NCBI GenBank assembly: GCA_963822005.1
Contig: CAWGGD010000029.1
Span: 83,368-147,367 of the forward strand
Direction of reading: 5' to 3'
Source: an uncultured Verrucomicrobiae bacterium
Lineage (GTDB): Bacteria > Verrucomicrobiota > Verrucomicrobiia > Limisphaerales > UBA8199
Length of the DNA stretch: 64,000 bases
Below are positions 47,925-58,913 of this stretch, in pieces; the stretch's first letter is position 1, and every line of letters begins with the position of its first letter. The notes below the pieces were generated by a model. The model searched no databases. It saw nothing but the letters and a program-made list of their open reading frames with translations, and had not been told where the DNA came from. A program made the translations under genes and the position numbers.

Positions 47925-50900
47925 ATGAGTAGCAAACCACGTTCGTGCGCTCCTCCTGCACGAAACCCATTTGTTCGGACAATCCCTGTGCTTCCTGGAA
48001 GCGCGCCGCTGCTGGCGCTGTTGTTGCTCAGTAGCTTGCCCTTGCATGCCCAGATTCCCGCCTTTCCCGGCGCGGAAGGCTTCGGCGCCTACGCCAACGG
48101 CGGGCGTGGCGGTGACGTGTATTACGTTTTGAACCTCAACACGAGTGGCGCGGGCTCGTTCGCTGACGCCATTGCCACCGCGCCCAGCAGCGGGCGCACC
48201 ATTGTGTTTGGTGTCAGCGGCTACATTCACGTCAATAAGACGTCACTCTCGAAATCAAGAATCACCATTGCCGGTCAGACCGCACCGGGCGATGGCATCG
48301 GGTTCAAGGACGGCTGCTTCATCATCAACGGCAGCGATGTCGTCATCCGCCATGCGCGTTTCCGCTACGGCGACCAGGCCGCGGGCGGCGATTGCATCAA
48401 CCTCGACGAAGGCGTCACCAACGTAATCCTCGACCACGTCAGCCTCGCGTTCTCGACCGACGAGAACCTGTCCAGCTTCGAGCAGGATCCGCGTCCGGAC
48501 CTGATGACGTTCCAGTGGTCGCTGAACGCGTGGGGGCTCGAAAGCCACTCATGCGGCGGGTTGTGGGACATGCAGCGTATCACCACGCATCACACGCTTT
48601 GGGCGCATCATCACACTCGCAATCCCAAAGCCCGCCCCGACGGCCTGCTCGACTGGATCAACAACGTCACCTACGACTGGGACATCGGATTCATTATGGG
48701 CGACTCGACGACGCCCGCGCCGTGGAAGGCGAATGTGCGCGGCAATTACTTCGTCTGCCCGCCTGGCAATCTCCGCAGCGTCGCGCTGGAGAAGGCAAGC
48801 CTCGACCGCAATGGTGCCTACAACTTCACGCTTCACGTCTCGACGAACCTGTTCGACAAGAACGGTGACACCGTGCTCGACGGTTCGGACTACGGCTACG
48901 GCATCGCCTCAGGCAGTTATCAGGTGTCGAACGCGCCCATCGTCGTCGCCGGTTCGCAGGTGCCGGTGGCGATGGATGTGCCGCTGACGGCCTACAAGAA
49001 GATCGTCTCCCGCGCTGGCCCGCTGCGGCTGGATGCCCTCGCGGGCATTCCGCTGCGCGACGAGGTGGACACCATCCTCGTCAGCAACCTCGTCACGCTG
49101 AAGCGCAACCACGTCAGCAACGAGAGCCAGACGGGCGCGAGCAACAACGGCATGGGCTTCCTGAACTCGACCACCGCGCCCGTGGACACCGACCGCGATG
49201 CCATGCCGGATTATTGGGAGAACACGCTCGGCTGGAGCGCGGGTTCGCAGGACCACAACACCGCAATGGCCAGCGCCGGCGGCATCGTCACAGGCCTGAC
49301 CTTCTTCCCACCGAGCACCCCAGCCGGATACACGCGGTTGGAGGAGTATCTGCATTTCCTCGCCATCCCACACGCGACCATCCGGCGCAACACCACCAAC
49401 GGCCCCACGTCCTTCAGCGTTGACCTCCGCCGTTACACCAGCGGCTTCGACAAGATGCCCGTGAATTTCACCTTCAGCAACGTCACCAACGGCGCGGTGC
49501 TGCTGCAACCCGACGGCTGCACCGCCGTATTTACGCCCATGTTGGATTTCGTGGGCCGCGCGCGGTTCGACTTCACCGTCACCGACGGCGACGGCAGCAC
49601 GTGGACGCAGACGTTCGGCGTGCTGGTGAGTTCGGCGGCGCTGCCACGCGATTTGAAGTGGAAAGGCGACGGCAGCGCGAACCTGTGGAGCACCGCCGCG
49701 CTCAATTTCTTGGACGGCACGAACCTGACCGCTTTTGTGTCCGACGACAACGTGCGGTTTGATGATACGGGTTTCAACACCCCGTCCGTCAATCTCAGCA
49801 TGACGCTCACCCCTTCCGCGATCGAAGTTGATGCGACGCAGAACTACACCTTCGGTGGTTCAGGCGCGTTGACCGGCGCGGGGCCGTTGACCAAGACCGG
49901 AACGGGCACACTAACCATTGGCACGACCAACACCAGCTTCGCCGGGCCAATTGACCTGGCGGGTGGGGCCTTGACGCTGTTGCCCGGTACGAGCATTGGT
50001 TCGGGGCAGATGACACTGAGTGGCGGCGCCTCTTTCAACCTTGCCGCCAGCGGCACCGTCTTTCCGCCAAATCCAATTGTCATTCCCGCCGGCGGGAGTG
50101 GCACGATTACTTCGGGTTCGCTGGGCAGTGCCTTGTCGGGGGCGGTGACGGGCGACAGTTCCAGCGTCCTGAACATTGGCTCGAGTGTGAGCTTCAACCA
50201 GACTTCGCCGCAGTTCACCGGATTCCCGGGCACGGTGAAGGTTCCCGCTGGTTCCACCCTACGCTTCGCGGGCACGAGCGGCAGCAACGGCGGTCTCAAC
50301 ACCCTGTTCTACGTCGACGGAACGCTCCAGATGAGAAACTCTGGAACCACGGGGCACCTCGGCGCGTTGACGGGTTCGGGAACTTTGGGCGGGGCGCAAA
50401 CACCCACCGCCGGCACGGTCACCTACAGCGTCGGGGCAAAGAACTTGGATACGACGTTTGCCGGGAAGATCGCGGACGCGAACGGACTGAACACGAACAC
50501 GGCCCTGGTCAAGGTTGGCTCGGGCACGCTCACGCTGACGGGTACGAACAGCCACACCGGCAGCACCACCGTCGGTGCGGGCTCGTTGATCATCCTCGGC
50601 CACAACGGCCCCGGCCCCGTCATCGTCTCCAACAGCGCCACGCTTGCGGGCACCGGTACTTTGGGCGGTCCGACCACCGTCAACAGCGGGGGGCGCATCG
50701 TCCCCGCCAGCAACGGCGTCGGCACACTTACCTTCACCAACAGCCTCACGCTGAACACGCCCACGTTGCAGTTCGACCTTTCCAGTTCTCCGGCGGGCAG
50801 CAACGACAAGGTCAATTTGCAGGGCGGCCTGCTCACGATGAGCGGCGCGCAAACGTATCAGTTCCATCTCACCGAGGGACAGTTGAGCCCCGGCACCTAC

Positions 50901-52679
50901 ACGCTGATTGACGGCGGCACGAACACCAGCGCCAGCAGCGTCAGCCTGGTCCACGATCTTCCCGCCGACGCGCGGCAGACCTTTACGTTGCAGACTCCCG
51001 CTCCTGGTAATGGCCAGTGCTACGTCCAGCTCGCAGTTACCGGCAATCCCACCACGCTCGTCTGGCGCGGCCTGACGAGCACCAATTGGGACGCTGCCAC
51101 CACCAACTGGGTGAACGGCAGCAACCCCGAGCGCTTCTACAACTTCGACTCCGTGGTATTCGACGATACGAGCGCCGGCGCGCCCACCGTCAACCTGACC
51201 ACGACCGTCAATCCCGCGGCCATCCTGGTGAACGCTTCCACCGCGCGCACCTTCGCCGGAACGGGGGTACTGACCGGCTCAGGCACGCTGACGAAATCCG
51301 GCGCGGGCACGTTGAATATAGTGAACTCCAACGGCACCTTCAGCGGCGCCGTTCAGCTCAGCGGCGGCACGCTGGCCCTTGGACTCGGGGCGACGTTCGG
51401 CACGGGCGCCCTCACCATCAGCGGCGGCGCCACGTTCAACCTGCCGCCGACGGCGATCAAATACACTTACTCCGGCAATCTCACCATTCCCGCCGGCCAG
51501 AGCGGCACGCTGTATTCCCCCGGCTTTTTCAGCGAAATCTTCAGCCCGCTCATCTCCGGCAACACCAACAGCGTGTTGAACATCACCGGCGACGTCAGCT
51601 TCGGCGGCACCACCGCCAGCCAGTTCGATAGCTTCAACGGCACCATCAACATCCAGCCCAGCGGCAAGCTGCGTTTTTCGTCCGCCAGCAGCGGCAATAC
51701 CTTCGGCTCGCTCAATCCGACGTTCATCATCAACGGCACCTTGCGCCCGCGCAACGCCGGCAACACCATCCACCTCGGCGCACTCTCCGGCACCGGCTCC
51801 ATCGAAGGCCCGCAGTCCAATGCCGGCACGGGCGACACGCTCTACCTCATCGGCGGTAACAATCTCGACGTTACGTTCGACGGGGTGATCAGCAGCAACA
51901 GCGCGATGGCAGGAAGTCTGGTGGTGCTGAATAAGATCGGCACCGGGAAGCTCACGCTCACCGGCGATAGCACTTACACCGGCGGCACCACCGTCGAGGC
52001 TGGCTCGCTCATCGTGAACAACACGGCCGGCAGCGGCACGGGCACGAGCGACCTGACCATCGCGGGCGGCGCCACGCTCGGCGGCAGTGGCTACATCGGT
52101 GGTCCGACTGCGCTGGCGGACTTCGCGATTCTCGCGCCGGGCAACGGCGGTATCGGCACGCTCACCTTCAACAACGACCTCGACCTCGGCGAGTTTTCCA
52201 TCCTGAACTTTGAGGTCGGCCCCAACAGCGATGCCGTCGTGGCCAACGCCGCGTTGACGCTAGCAGGCGCGTTGAACGTCATCCCCGCCACCGGCTTTGG
52301 CGCGGGCAGCTACACGCTGTTCACCTACAACCCGGCGAACACCCTCAACCACAGCGGCCTCGCGCTCGGCACCGTGCCGGCGGGCTTCAACTACACGATC
52401 AACACCGACACCGCCGGCCAGGTGAAGCTCATTGTAACCCTACCCACGCCGCCGAGCTTTGGCGGCATCAACATGACTGGCGGAACTGTGATCTTCAGCG
52501 GTAGCGGCGGCACGCCGGGCGCGGACTATTATGTCCTGAGCACTTCGAACCTCACCACACTGCTGGTCAGTTGGGTGCGGTTGGCGACGAACCAATTCGA
52601 TGGCAACGGCAACTTCGCTTGGACCAACACGCCCATGCCCGGGACCCCACATCAATTCTACCGTGTGGCTGTTGACTAG
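47925..52679 (+). CDS. giant PL1 pectate lyase fused to autotransporter-associated (PATR) beta-strand repeat stalk
   Basis: 1584-aa ORF with a signal peptide. N-terminal PL1 core IPAFPGAEGFGAYANGGRGGDVYYVLNLNTSGAGSFADAI...IAGQTAPGDGIG, then DTDRDAMPDYWE. Two long, mutually similar segments carry PATR-type repeats (...TKTGTGTLTIGTTNTSFAGPIDLAGGALTL..., ...VKVGSGTLTLTGTNSHTGSTTVGAGSLII...). It ends in HQFYRVAVD. Confidence 0.8.
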   Translation: MSSKPRSCAPPARNPFVRTIPVLPGSAPLLALLLLSSLPLHAQIPAFPGAEGFGAYANGGRGGDVYYVLNLNTSGAGSFADAIATAPSSGRTIVFGVSGYIHVNKTSLSKSRITIAGQTAPGDGIGFKDGCFIINGSDVVIRHARFRYGDQAAGGDCINLDEGVTNVILDHVSLAFSTDENLSSFEQDPRPDLMTFQWSLNAWGLESHSCGGLWDMQRITTHHTLWAHHHTRNPKARPDGLLDWINNVTYDWDIGFIMGDSTTPAPWKANVRGNYFVCPPGNLRSVALEKASLDRNGAYNFTLHVSTNLFDKNGDTVLDGSDYGYGIASGSYQVSNAPIVVAGSQVPVAMDVPLTAYKKIVSRAGPLRLDALAGIPLRDEVDTILVSNLVTLKRNHVSNESQTGASNNGMGFLNSTTAPVDTDRDAMPDYWENTLGWSAGSQDHNTAMASAGGIVTGLTFFPPSTPAGYTRLEEYLHFLAIPHATIRRNTTNGPTSFSVDLRRYTSGFDKMPVNFTFSNVTNGAVLLQPDGCTAVFTPMLDFVGRARFDFTVTDGDGSTWTQTFGVLVSSAALPRDLKWKGDGSANLWSTAALNFLDGTNLTAFVSDDNVRFDDTGFNTPSVNLSMTLTPSAIEVDATQNYTFGGSGALTGAGPLTKTGTGTLTIGTTNTSFAGPIDLAGGALTLLPGTSIGSGQMTLSGGASFNLAASGTVFPPNPIVIPAGGSGTITSGSLGSALSGAVTGDSSSVLNIGSSVSFNQTSPQFTGFPGTVKVPAGSTLRFAGTSGSNGGLNTLFYVDGTLQMRNSGTTGHLGALTGSGTLGGAQTPTAGTVTYSVGAKNLDTTFAGKIADANGLNTNTALVKVGSGTLTLTGTNSHTGSTTVGAGSLIILGHNGPGPVIVSNSATLAGTGTLGGPTTVNSGGRIVPASNGVGTLTFTNSLTLNTPTLQFDLSSSPAGSNDKVNLQGGLLTMSGAQTYQFHLTEGQLSPGTYTLIDGGTNTSASSVSLVHDLPADARQTFTLQTPAPGNGQCYVQLAVTGNPTTLVWRGLTSTNWDAATTNWVNGSNPERFYNFDSVVFDDTSAGAPTVNLTTTVNPAAILVNASTARTFAGTGVLTGSGTLTKSGAGTLNIVNSNGTFSGAVQLSGGTLALGLGATFGTGALTISGGATFNLPPTAIKYTYSGNLTIPAGQSGTLYSPGFFSEIFSPLISGNTNSVLNITGDVSFGGTTASQFDSFNGTINIQPSGKLRFSSASSGNTFGSLNPTFIINGTLRPRNAGNTIHLGALSGTGSIEGPQSNAGTGDTLYLIGGNNLDVTFDGVISSNSAMAGSLVVLNKIGTGKLTLTGDSTYTGGTTVEAGSLIVNNTAGSGTGTSDLTIAGGATLGGSGYIGGPTALADFAILAPGNGGIGTLTFNNDLDLGEFSILNFEVGPNSDAVVANAALTLAGALNVIPATGFGAGSYTLFTYNPANTLNHSGLALGTVPAGFNYTINTDTAGQVKLIVTLPTPPSFGGINMTGGTVIFSGSGGTPGADYYVLSTSNLTTLLVSWVRLATNQFDGNGNFAWTNTPMPGTPHQFYRVAVD

Positions 52680-52711
52680 TACCTGGATGTTTCCGGCAAA
52701 AGCTGAAACAC

Positions 52712-55020
52712 ATGCAAAATTGCGCACGCCGCAAAATGAGCTGGATATGGTTGCTGGCCGTCGGCAGCACGCTGATTGTTCCGGCCCGCGCCGTGCCGTC
52801 GTTTTCCGGAGCGGAGGGTTGGGGCGCGGTCACCGTCGGCGGGCGCGGCGGAGCGGTGCTGCACGTTACCAACTTGAACGACGCGGGGCCAGGGAGCTTC
52901 CGCGCCGCGTGCGAAGCCAGCGGACCCCGGACGGTCGTGTTCGACATCTCCGGGATCATCCAGCTTACGAACGAGGTGCAGGTGACCAACTCGCATCTCA
53001 CTATCGCCGGCCAGACTGCACCTGGCGGCGGCGTCATCGTGGCGGGTGAGACGGTCAGCCTCACTGGCGCCGTCTCCGATGTGCTGGTTCGTTACATGCG
53101 ATTCCGCCGCAGCTACGACAAGGCGAAGTGGGCAGCCTGGGCCACCAATTCCAGCAACCCCGATCCCCGGGGGCAATGCCTGGTCGGCATGAGCACGACC
53201 CGCAACATCATGGTGGACCACGTCTCGGTCAGTTGGGGAACGGACGAGAACATGTCCATCTACCGCCGGTATATCAACCCGCCGCTGCTGCCGGGCGGTT
53301 CGACGCTTCTACCCGCAAAGAACGTGACGATTCAATGGTGCATCAGTTCCGAGGCGCTAAACCCGATCAACCACGGGTTCGGCAACACGCTGGGCGGCCA
53401 GGGCGCCAACCATCACCATAATCTGCTGGCCTGCAACGTAGGCCGGAATCCCAGCATCTCGTTCTCGCACTTCATGGATTGGCGCAACAACGTGATCTTC
53501 AATTGGCGCCATCGGAGCATGGATGGGGCAGGGGCTGAGGCCCATCTCAGAATGTGATCAACAACTACTACAAACCGGGACCCGCAACCGGTTTCGGCAA
53601 TCTGTGGGAGCCGCTTCCAGAGCTGGTCGTCCGCATCGTTAAACCCGAAATCCGCTCGTGGGGCGCGGCCTTCGGGCTGCCAAACAAAGCATACTCAGGC
53701 CCCGGTGTGATCGGCTGGTGGTATGTCAACGGTAACGTGGTCGAGGGCTATCCCGAGGTCAGCGCCGACAACTGGCAGGGTTTGTCCCTGGTTGCCGGGA
53801 AATATTATCGCGGCGTCCAGTGGGATAGCGCGGTCCAGGGCTATCCCGGGGTCGGTCCGGCGGCGGGTGAATCGCGTCCCGAATGGACCGGCCATTATAT
53901 GACAAACCACATGGACTGGGCGCGGGTGCGCACACCGATCACGCACGCGGAGTTTCCGGATGACCCGGATGATCCCGACGATGACGTTAACGGTGTAGTC
54001 ATCCCCATTCCCGACCTGCCGAAGGTCGCCACCCAATCAGCGCTGGATGCGTACCAGACAGTGCTGGCCGGCGCAGGCGCTACCTTGCCCGTGCGCGATC
54101 CCGTGGATGTGCGGACCGTGAACATGGTTATGACCGGCGTCGCCACCAACGGCATCATCAACCATCCTGACGAGGTGGGCGGCTACCCGGCCATCGCCGT
54201 GGTCACGCGTCCGGCCAACTGGGACACGGACCAGGACGGCATGCCGGATGGCTGGGAGTTGGAGCATCAGCTTGATCCCGACAGCCCCGCTGACCGCAAC
54301 AGCGACTTCGACAACGACGGCTACACGAACCTGGAGGAGTGCCTCAATGAACTGGGCGCATTCAAAGCGGTTCAGGAGGTCGTGTGGACCGCGTCCGCCA
54401 ACGAGTGCTATGCACAGATTGAGAACTGGGACATCGCTTTTCAACCGTCGCGCTTTGACGCCGCCCTCATCAGCAACGCCACGGTGGTGGTCGATGCGAT
54501 TGGCCAGGATGCCGGGGTGCTGCGCCTCGTCAACAACGCCACACTGAACATCACCAACGGCTGGCTCAACATCGCCAACCGACTCGAGCTCGGGACGAAT
54601 TGCACCGTGGTGGTGAAACTGTCGGGCAGCCTGCGAGTGGCTACAAACCTGGTGAACAACGGCACTCTGCGATTAACCGGGGCGGCCTCATTAGCTGTTG
54701 GCGGCGCTTTCACCAACACCGGCCTCCTGGACATCATGGCCTGGACCGGCGCGTTGCCGGCAGGTCTGGTGAATACCGGGACCGTGCTGGACCGCAGCTT
54801 GGTCCAGCTGGATTCCCCTCGCACGGATGGCCCCGATTTCCAACTGTCTATCCAGGGATATACGGCCCATGGCTACCAGCTTCAGTATCGGGAGGACCTG
54901 TCGAGCGGCATATGGACAAACCTCGGCGGTTTCGTCGCCGGAGCCGGTGCTCCCATCACCCTGACGCACACCAACGGTGCCACCGCCCCGCAGCGGTTCT
55001 ACCGCGTAGCGGTGGATTAG
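52712..55020 (+). pseudogene. pectate lyase (PL1 core, EF-hand pair, beta-helix segment, FYRV module), one base short at ~53540
   Basis: ORF 52712-53557 (VPSFSGAEGWGAVTVGGRGGAVLHVTNLNDAGPGSFRAACE...IAGQTAPGGGV...NWRHRSMDGAGAE) and ORF 53554-55020 (..NVINNYYKPGPAT...) match the paralogue motif NW.HR..DGG....N.I.NY(Y/F)KPGPAT. Adding one G in gag(g)gcc joins them. The C-terminal third is a close paralogue of 44023-47700 and ends in QRFYRVAVD. Confidence 0.8.
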
Positions 55021-55289
55021 CGCGGGAGCAGCGTCCTTCAGCACCGGCCGACGCCGTTCGGATCACCGGGGTCGGCGAGAAAGAGTGACTGGCATTTGTC
55101 GCATGAAAGCTGGCAGTATCCGCATTCCAACCCCGCCTTTGGTGTGATAGGATGCGTCAAGTCTGCAATATATGTCCGCCGTTGAATTCGAGGGTGGCAT
55201 AAGAAGCGAACGTCGTCCGAAATGAATTGGTTGGCTGTGTGTAACCTCATGCCATTCGTCTGATTCCAGTAGAATTCCAGTTTGAGAAT

Positions 55290-58200
55290 ATGATCTCCGC
55301 CCAGTTTACCCTCTCCAGATTCGTGTGTTTCCTGCTGTCCGCTGCCGGCCTGCTGACGGCGAGCCAACTGTGTGCCGATCCTGGGCCGATGAGCATTTCG
55401 TTCAACTACCCGGGGGTACCGGGGCTCAATAATTCGGGGTCACAAGCCGACAATAAGTCCTGGTTTACGACGGGGTTGCCCCTCGGCAACGGCAAGCTGG
55501 CTGCGATGGTTTTTGGCGGGGTGGGCACGGAATTGATTCAGTTCAACGAAGACACGATCTGGTGCGGGGTGCCGCATGATTACACGAATCCCAACACGAC
55601 GCCGGCGCGACTCGCCGAAATCCAGGACAAGTGCTTCAACTTCCAGGATATTACGACCTACCAGCAGTATTTGTTTTCCGTTCCGAGCCGGCTGCCGGTT
55701 TATGAGTGCCCGGGCGCTTTGAAGCTGACGTTTCCGCACAGCAGCTACACGGGTTACCGGCGCTCCCTGAATCTGAGCAATGCCACCGTGAACGTCAGCT
55801 ATACCTACAACAGCGGCGTGTTATAATCGCGAGATCTTTGCCAGCGCACCCAGCAACCGGGTCATCGTGGTTCGCTTCACTGCCAGCCAACCGTCCAGCA
55901 TCGCCTTCACGTGCAGCTTTACCAACCTGCAGACGGCGACGTACACCCCCGTCGCACTCGGCGGCGGCACCGCCGATCTGGTCATGCATGCGGATGTCAC
56001 GTTCATCGGGGATTCGCGTTACACCTTGGGCAACGCCGTCAAGTACGACGCACGCGTGCGTCTCGTAGCCACGGGCGGCACCGTGGCGACCGGCGCCAAT
56101 TCCATTTCGGTGACTAATGCCAACGAGGTGACGCTCTACCTGGGCGTGGTCTCGAACGTCAAGGCCTACAACGATTTGACCGCCGACTATGTCACGATCT
56201 GCTCAAACAACGTCGCAAACGCCGCTGCCCTGGGCTACGACAACGTGCGGCAGGCGCAACAGCAGGATTACACGAATCTGTTCAACCGGGTCGTGTTGGA
56301 CCTGGGGGTAAATCCAGGCAAAACCAGTCTGGATCTCGGCTACCGCAAGAAGCAGATCGTCGCGGATCCGAATGATCCCAATTTGTTCACGCTCCTGTTT
56401 CAAATGGGACGTTACCTGATGATTTCCGGCTCGCGACCCGGCTCGCAGCCGCTGAATCTGCAGGGCAAGTGGAACGACCGGCACGATTTGTATGCGGGCT
56501 GGGGCAGCAAGATGACCATCAACATCAACGAGCAGATGAATTATTGGGGCGCCGAAGTGGCCAATCTCGCGGAGTGTCATGAACCGCTGTTCGACCTGAT
56601 CAAAGACCTGTCGGAGACAGGCCACAAAGTGGCGCTGTCCAATTACTTTTGCACCAGCACCAATGCCTGGGTCGCCCATCACAACACCGACCTCTGGCGC
56701 AACGCCGGGCCGGTCAACAACATGGACGGGATATTGGCCCGCGGGCGGCGCCTGGCTTTGCCAGCATCTGTGGTGGCATTATCAATACAACGGCGACACC
56801 AACTGGCTGACCACCAATGCTTATCCGCTGATGAAAGGCGCCGCTCAATTCTTCCTGGATTTTCTCGTCCCGCACCCGACGTATACCCACGCTTCGGGTC
56901 AGCCATTTATGGTGACGTGTCCTTCCCATTCACCGGAACACAATTACCCGCCGACCGGACAATCTCCCAACCCCCGGCCCGACGGTTGACAACGCCCTCA
57001 TCCGCGACCTGTTCAACCACGTCATCCAGGCGAGCGAGATTCTGGAAGTGGATGCCGCGTTCCGGACCAATGTCATCGCGATGCGCGACAAGCTGCCGCC
57101 CAACAAGATTGGCGCCGGTGGCCAACTCCAGGAATGGTTGGAGGATGTCGATAGCGGTTACGATGCCCATCGGCACATGTCGCATTTGGTGGGCTTCTTC
57201 CCCGGGGACGAGATTTCCCCATTTTATGCGCCTGTTCTCGCCAAAGCCGCCCAGGTATCAATTGATTTGCGGGGTCCTGCAACTGACACCCCGTGGAGCA
57301 GGGCGTGGCGAATGAACCTTCGCACCCGGCTGCAGGATCATCACTACGCCTACGGGGTTCTTACCAACCTGCTCGCTTACCAGAATTTCTCAACCAACCT
57401 GATGTTCAGTGATAATACTGACGGAGCCTGGCGGCAGGTGGACGGCACTTTCGGCCTGCTTTCAGGCATTGCCGAGATGTTCCTCCAAAGCCAGTCCGGC
57501 GAGGTCTATCTGCTGCCGGCGCTGCCACCGGCATTCACCAACGGCAGTGTCAGCGGATTGTGTGCGCGCGGCGGGTTTGAGGTGGACAGCATGTCCTGGA
57601 CGAATGGCAGGCTGGTGGCGAGCCACCATCCTTTCCAAACTCGGCAACACCTGCCGCCTCCGCACGAAGTGGCCAGTGGACATCGAACTCGGCGCAGACT
57701 ACGTGGACGCGCCCATGGTCCTGCCCGGGCTCTACCAGTTCTCAACCGTTGCCGGCAGCAATTACACCATCACCACCGCGAATGTCGCCGAGACAGAGAA
57801 CCTCTCGGCAACGACTTCCGGCGACGCGCATACAACCGTGACCAATGCGGCGTTCAGCAATTGGCGCGCAAAGCTGCTGAGCGCCAACGCGGCGAACGAC
57901 TACGTCACTTACACCGTCCCCAACCTGAGTGCCGGCACCTACCGCGTCTATGTGGGGGCGGATGCAGGAGCGAATCGCGGGCAGCTTCCAACTGGCTTGC
58001 GGGCCAAACAGTGGCACGTTGACAAAAGTCGGAGCAGTGCAGGACACCTATTCGGCGACGAACGTGGTCTATCTCCTGCCGATCATGCTGTCCACCTCCA
58101 CCAACCGCATCATGCTGTGGACAAACATGCTCAAGGAGTTCGACTGCGGCACCTGGCAGGCCACGTCGAGCGGCAATTACGATTTCAGGTTCACCGTCGT

Positions 58201-58501
58201 GGACAAGAACCCCAGCAGCAGCGGTTACACGCTGGCCTTCGACTACATCAAGTTCACCCCGGTGGTGGCGTCGGCCCCCACCAATGAGCCGCCCAGGTTG
58301 TCTGCGACCCCGTATGGCCCCGACCTGGTGCTCTCGTGGCCGACGAACACGACGGGGTTCTTGCTGGAGACCACGCCGCACCTGCCTGCGGTCAACTGGA
58401 CTTCGGCCCTGCCGATGCCGGTGGTGGTGGGCGACCGGAACGTGGTATCGAACACGATGGACGGAGAAGAGGCGTTTTACCGACTCAAGAAGGCTCTCTA
58501 G
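55290..58501 (+). pseudogene. second GH95 alpha-L-fucosidase with C-terminal CBM-like domain and FYRL module; at least five frameshifts
   Basis: Four of the five pieces are listed ORFs (55290-55826, 55867-57315, 57048-58022, 57929-58501). The piece between the second and third frame changes lies in the frames of ORFs 56663-56989 and 57409-58287. Together they tile collinearly onto the intact GH95 at 12204-14564 (...LPLGNGKLAAMVFGG...NEDTIWCG..., REIFAS..., [62 protein letters not shown]). Frame changes occur at about 55822, 56729, 56973, 57620 and 57980, each consistent with one extra base. Confidence 0.8.
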
Positions 58502-58913
58502 ATTCTGCTTCGCAAAAATTGGCCAGCGCGTTCAATGGCTGAGCGGGGCATGTGAAGCCAGTTGGGGCGGTAGTGCCGGGTAGCAGAGTTGGAATTGGAC
58601 ATGCGAGGGCTGAAAGCACCTCCCTCGATCTGACCGTCGCCACCGGGACGAAGCCCGCCGTGTTCCTGCGCCACCAAGCGCGACTGCCCGACGCGGCTTT
58701 CCCCGCCGGGGAACGGGGCCGCAATTTATCGGTATTTCTACCGTGCACCTTTTTCGCATGGATTTTGGCAGTTTTCGCATTCCATCATTGAGCCGAATCT
58801 GCTATAGACCACGTTTTACAGAATATAGAAAGTTGTCCGAGTTGCGAAGTGATGTGAAAGCCTAGACCCGCGATCCCAAGAATAGCAGAGAAACCTCAGA
58901 TAAACCCAATGTT

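Noticed and set aside
58502-58913. 412-bp gap upstream of the PEP-CTERM gene, examined for an sRNA, riboswitch or gene remnant
   Set aside because: I found no conserved RNA motif, convincing hairpin-terminator pair or protein similarity, and the ORFs there (58532-58780, 58552-58791) have shadow-like composition.
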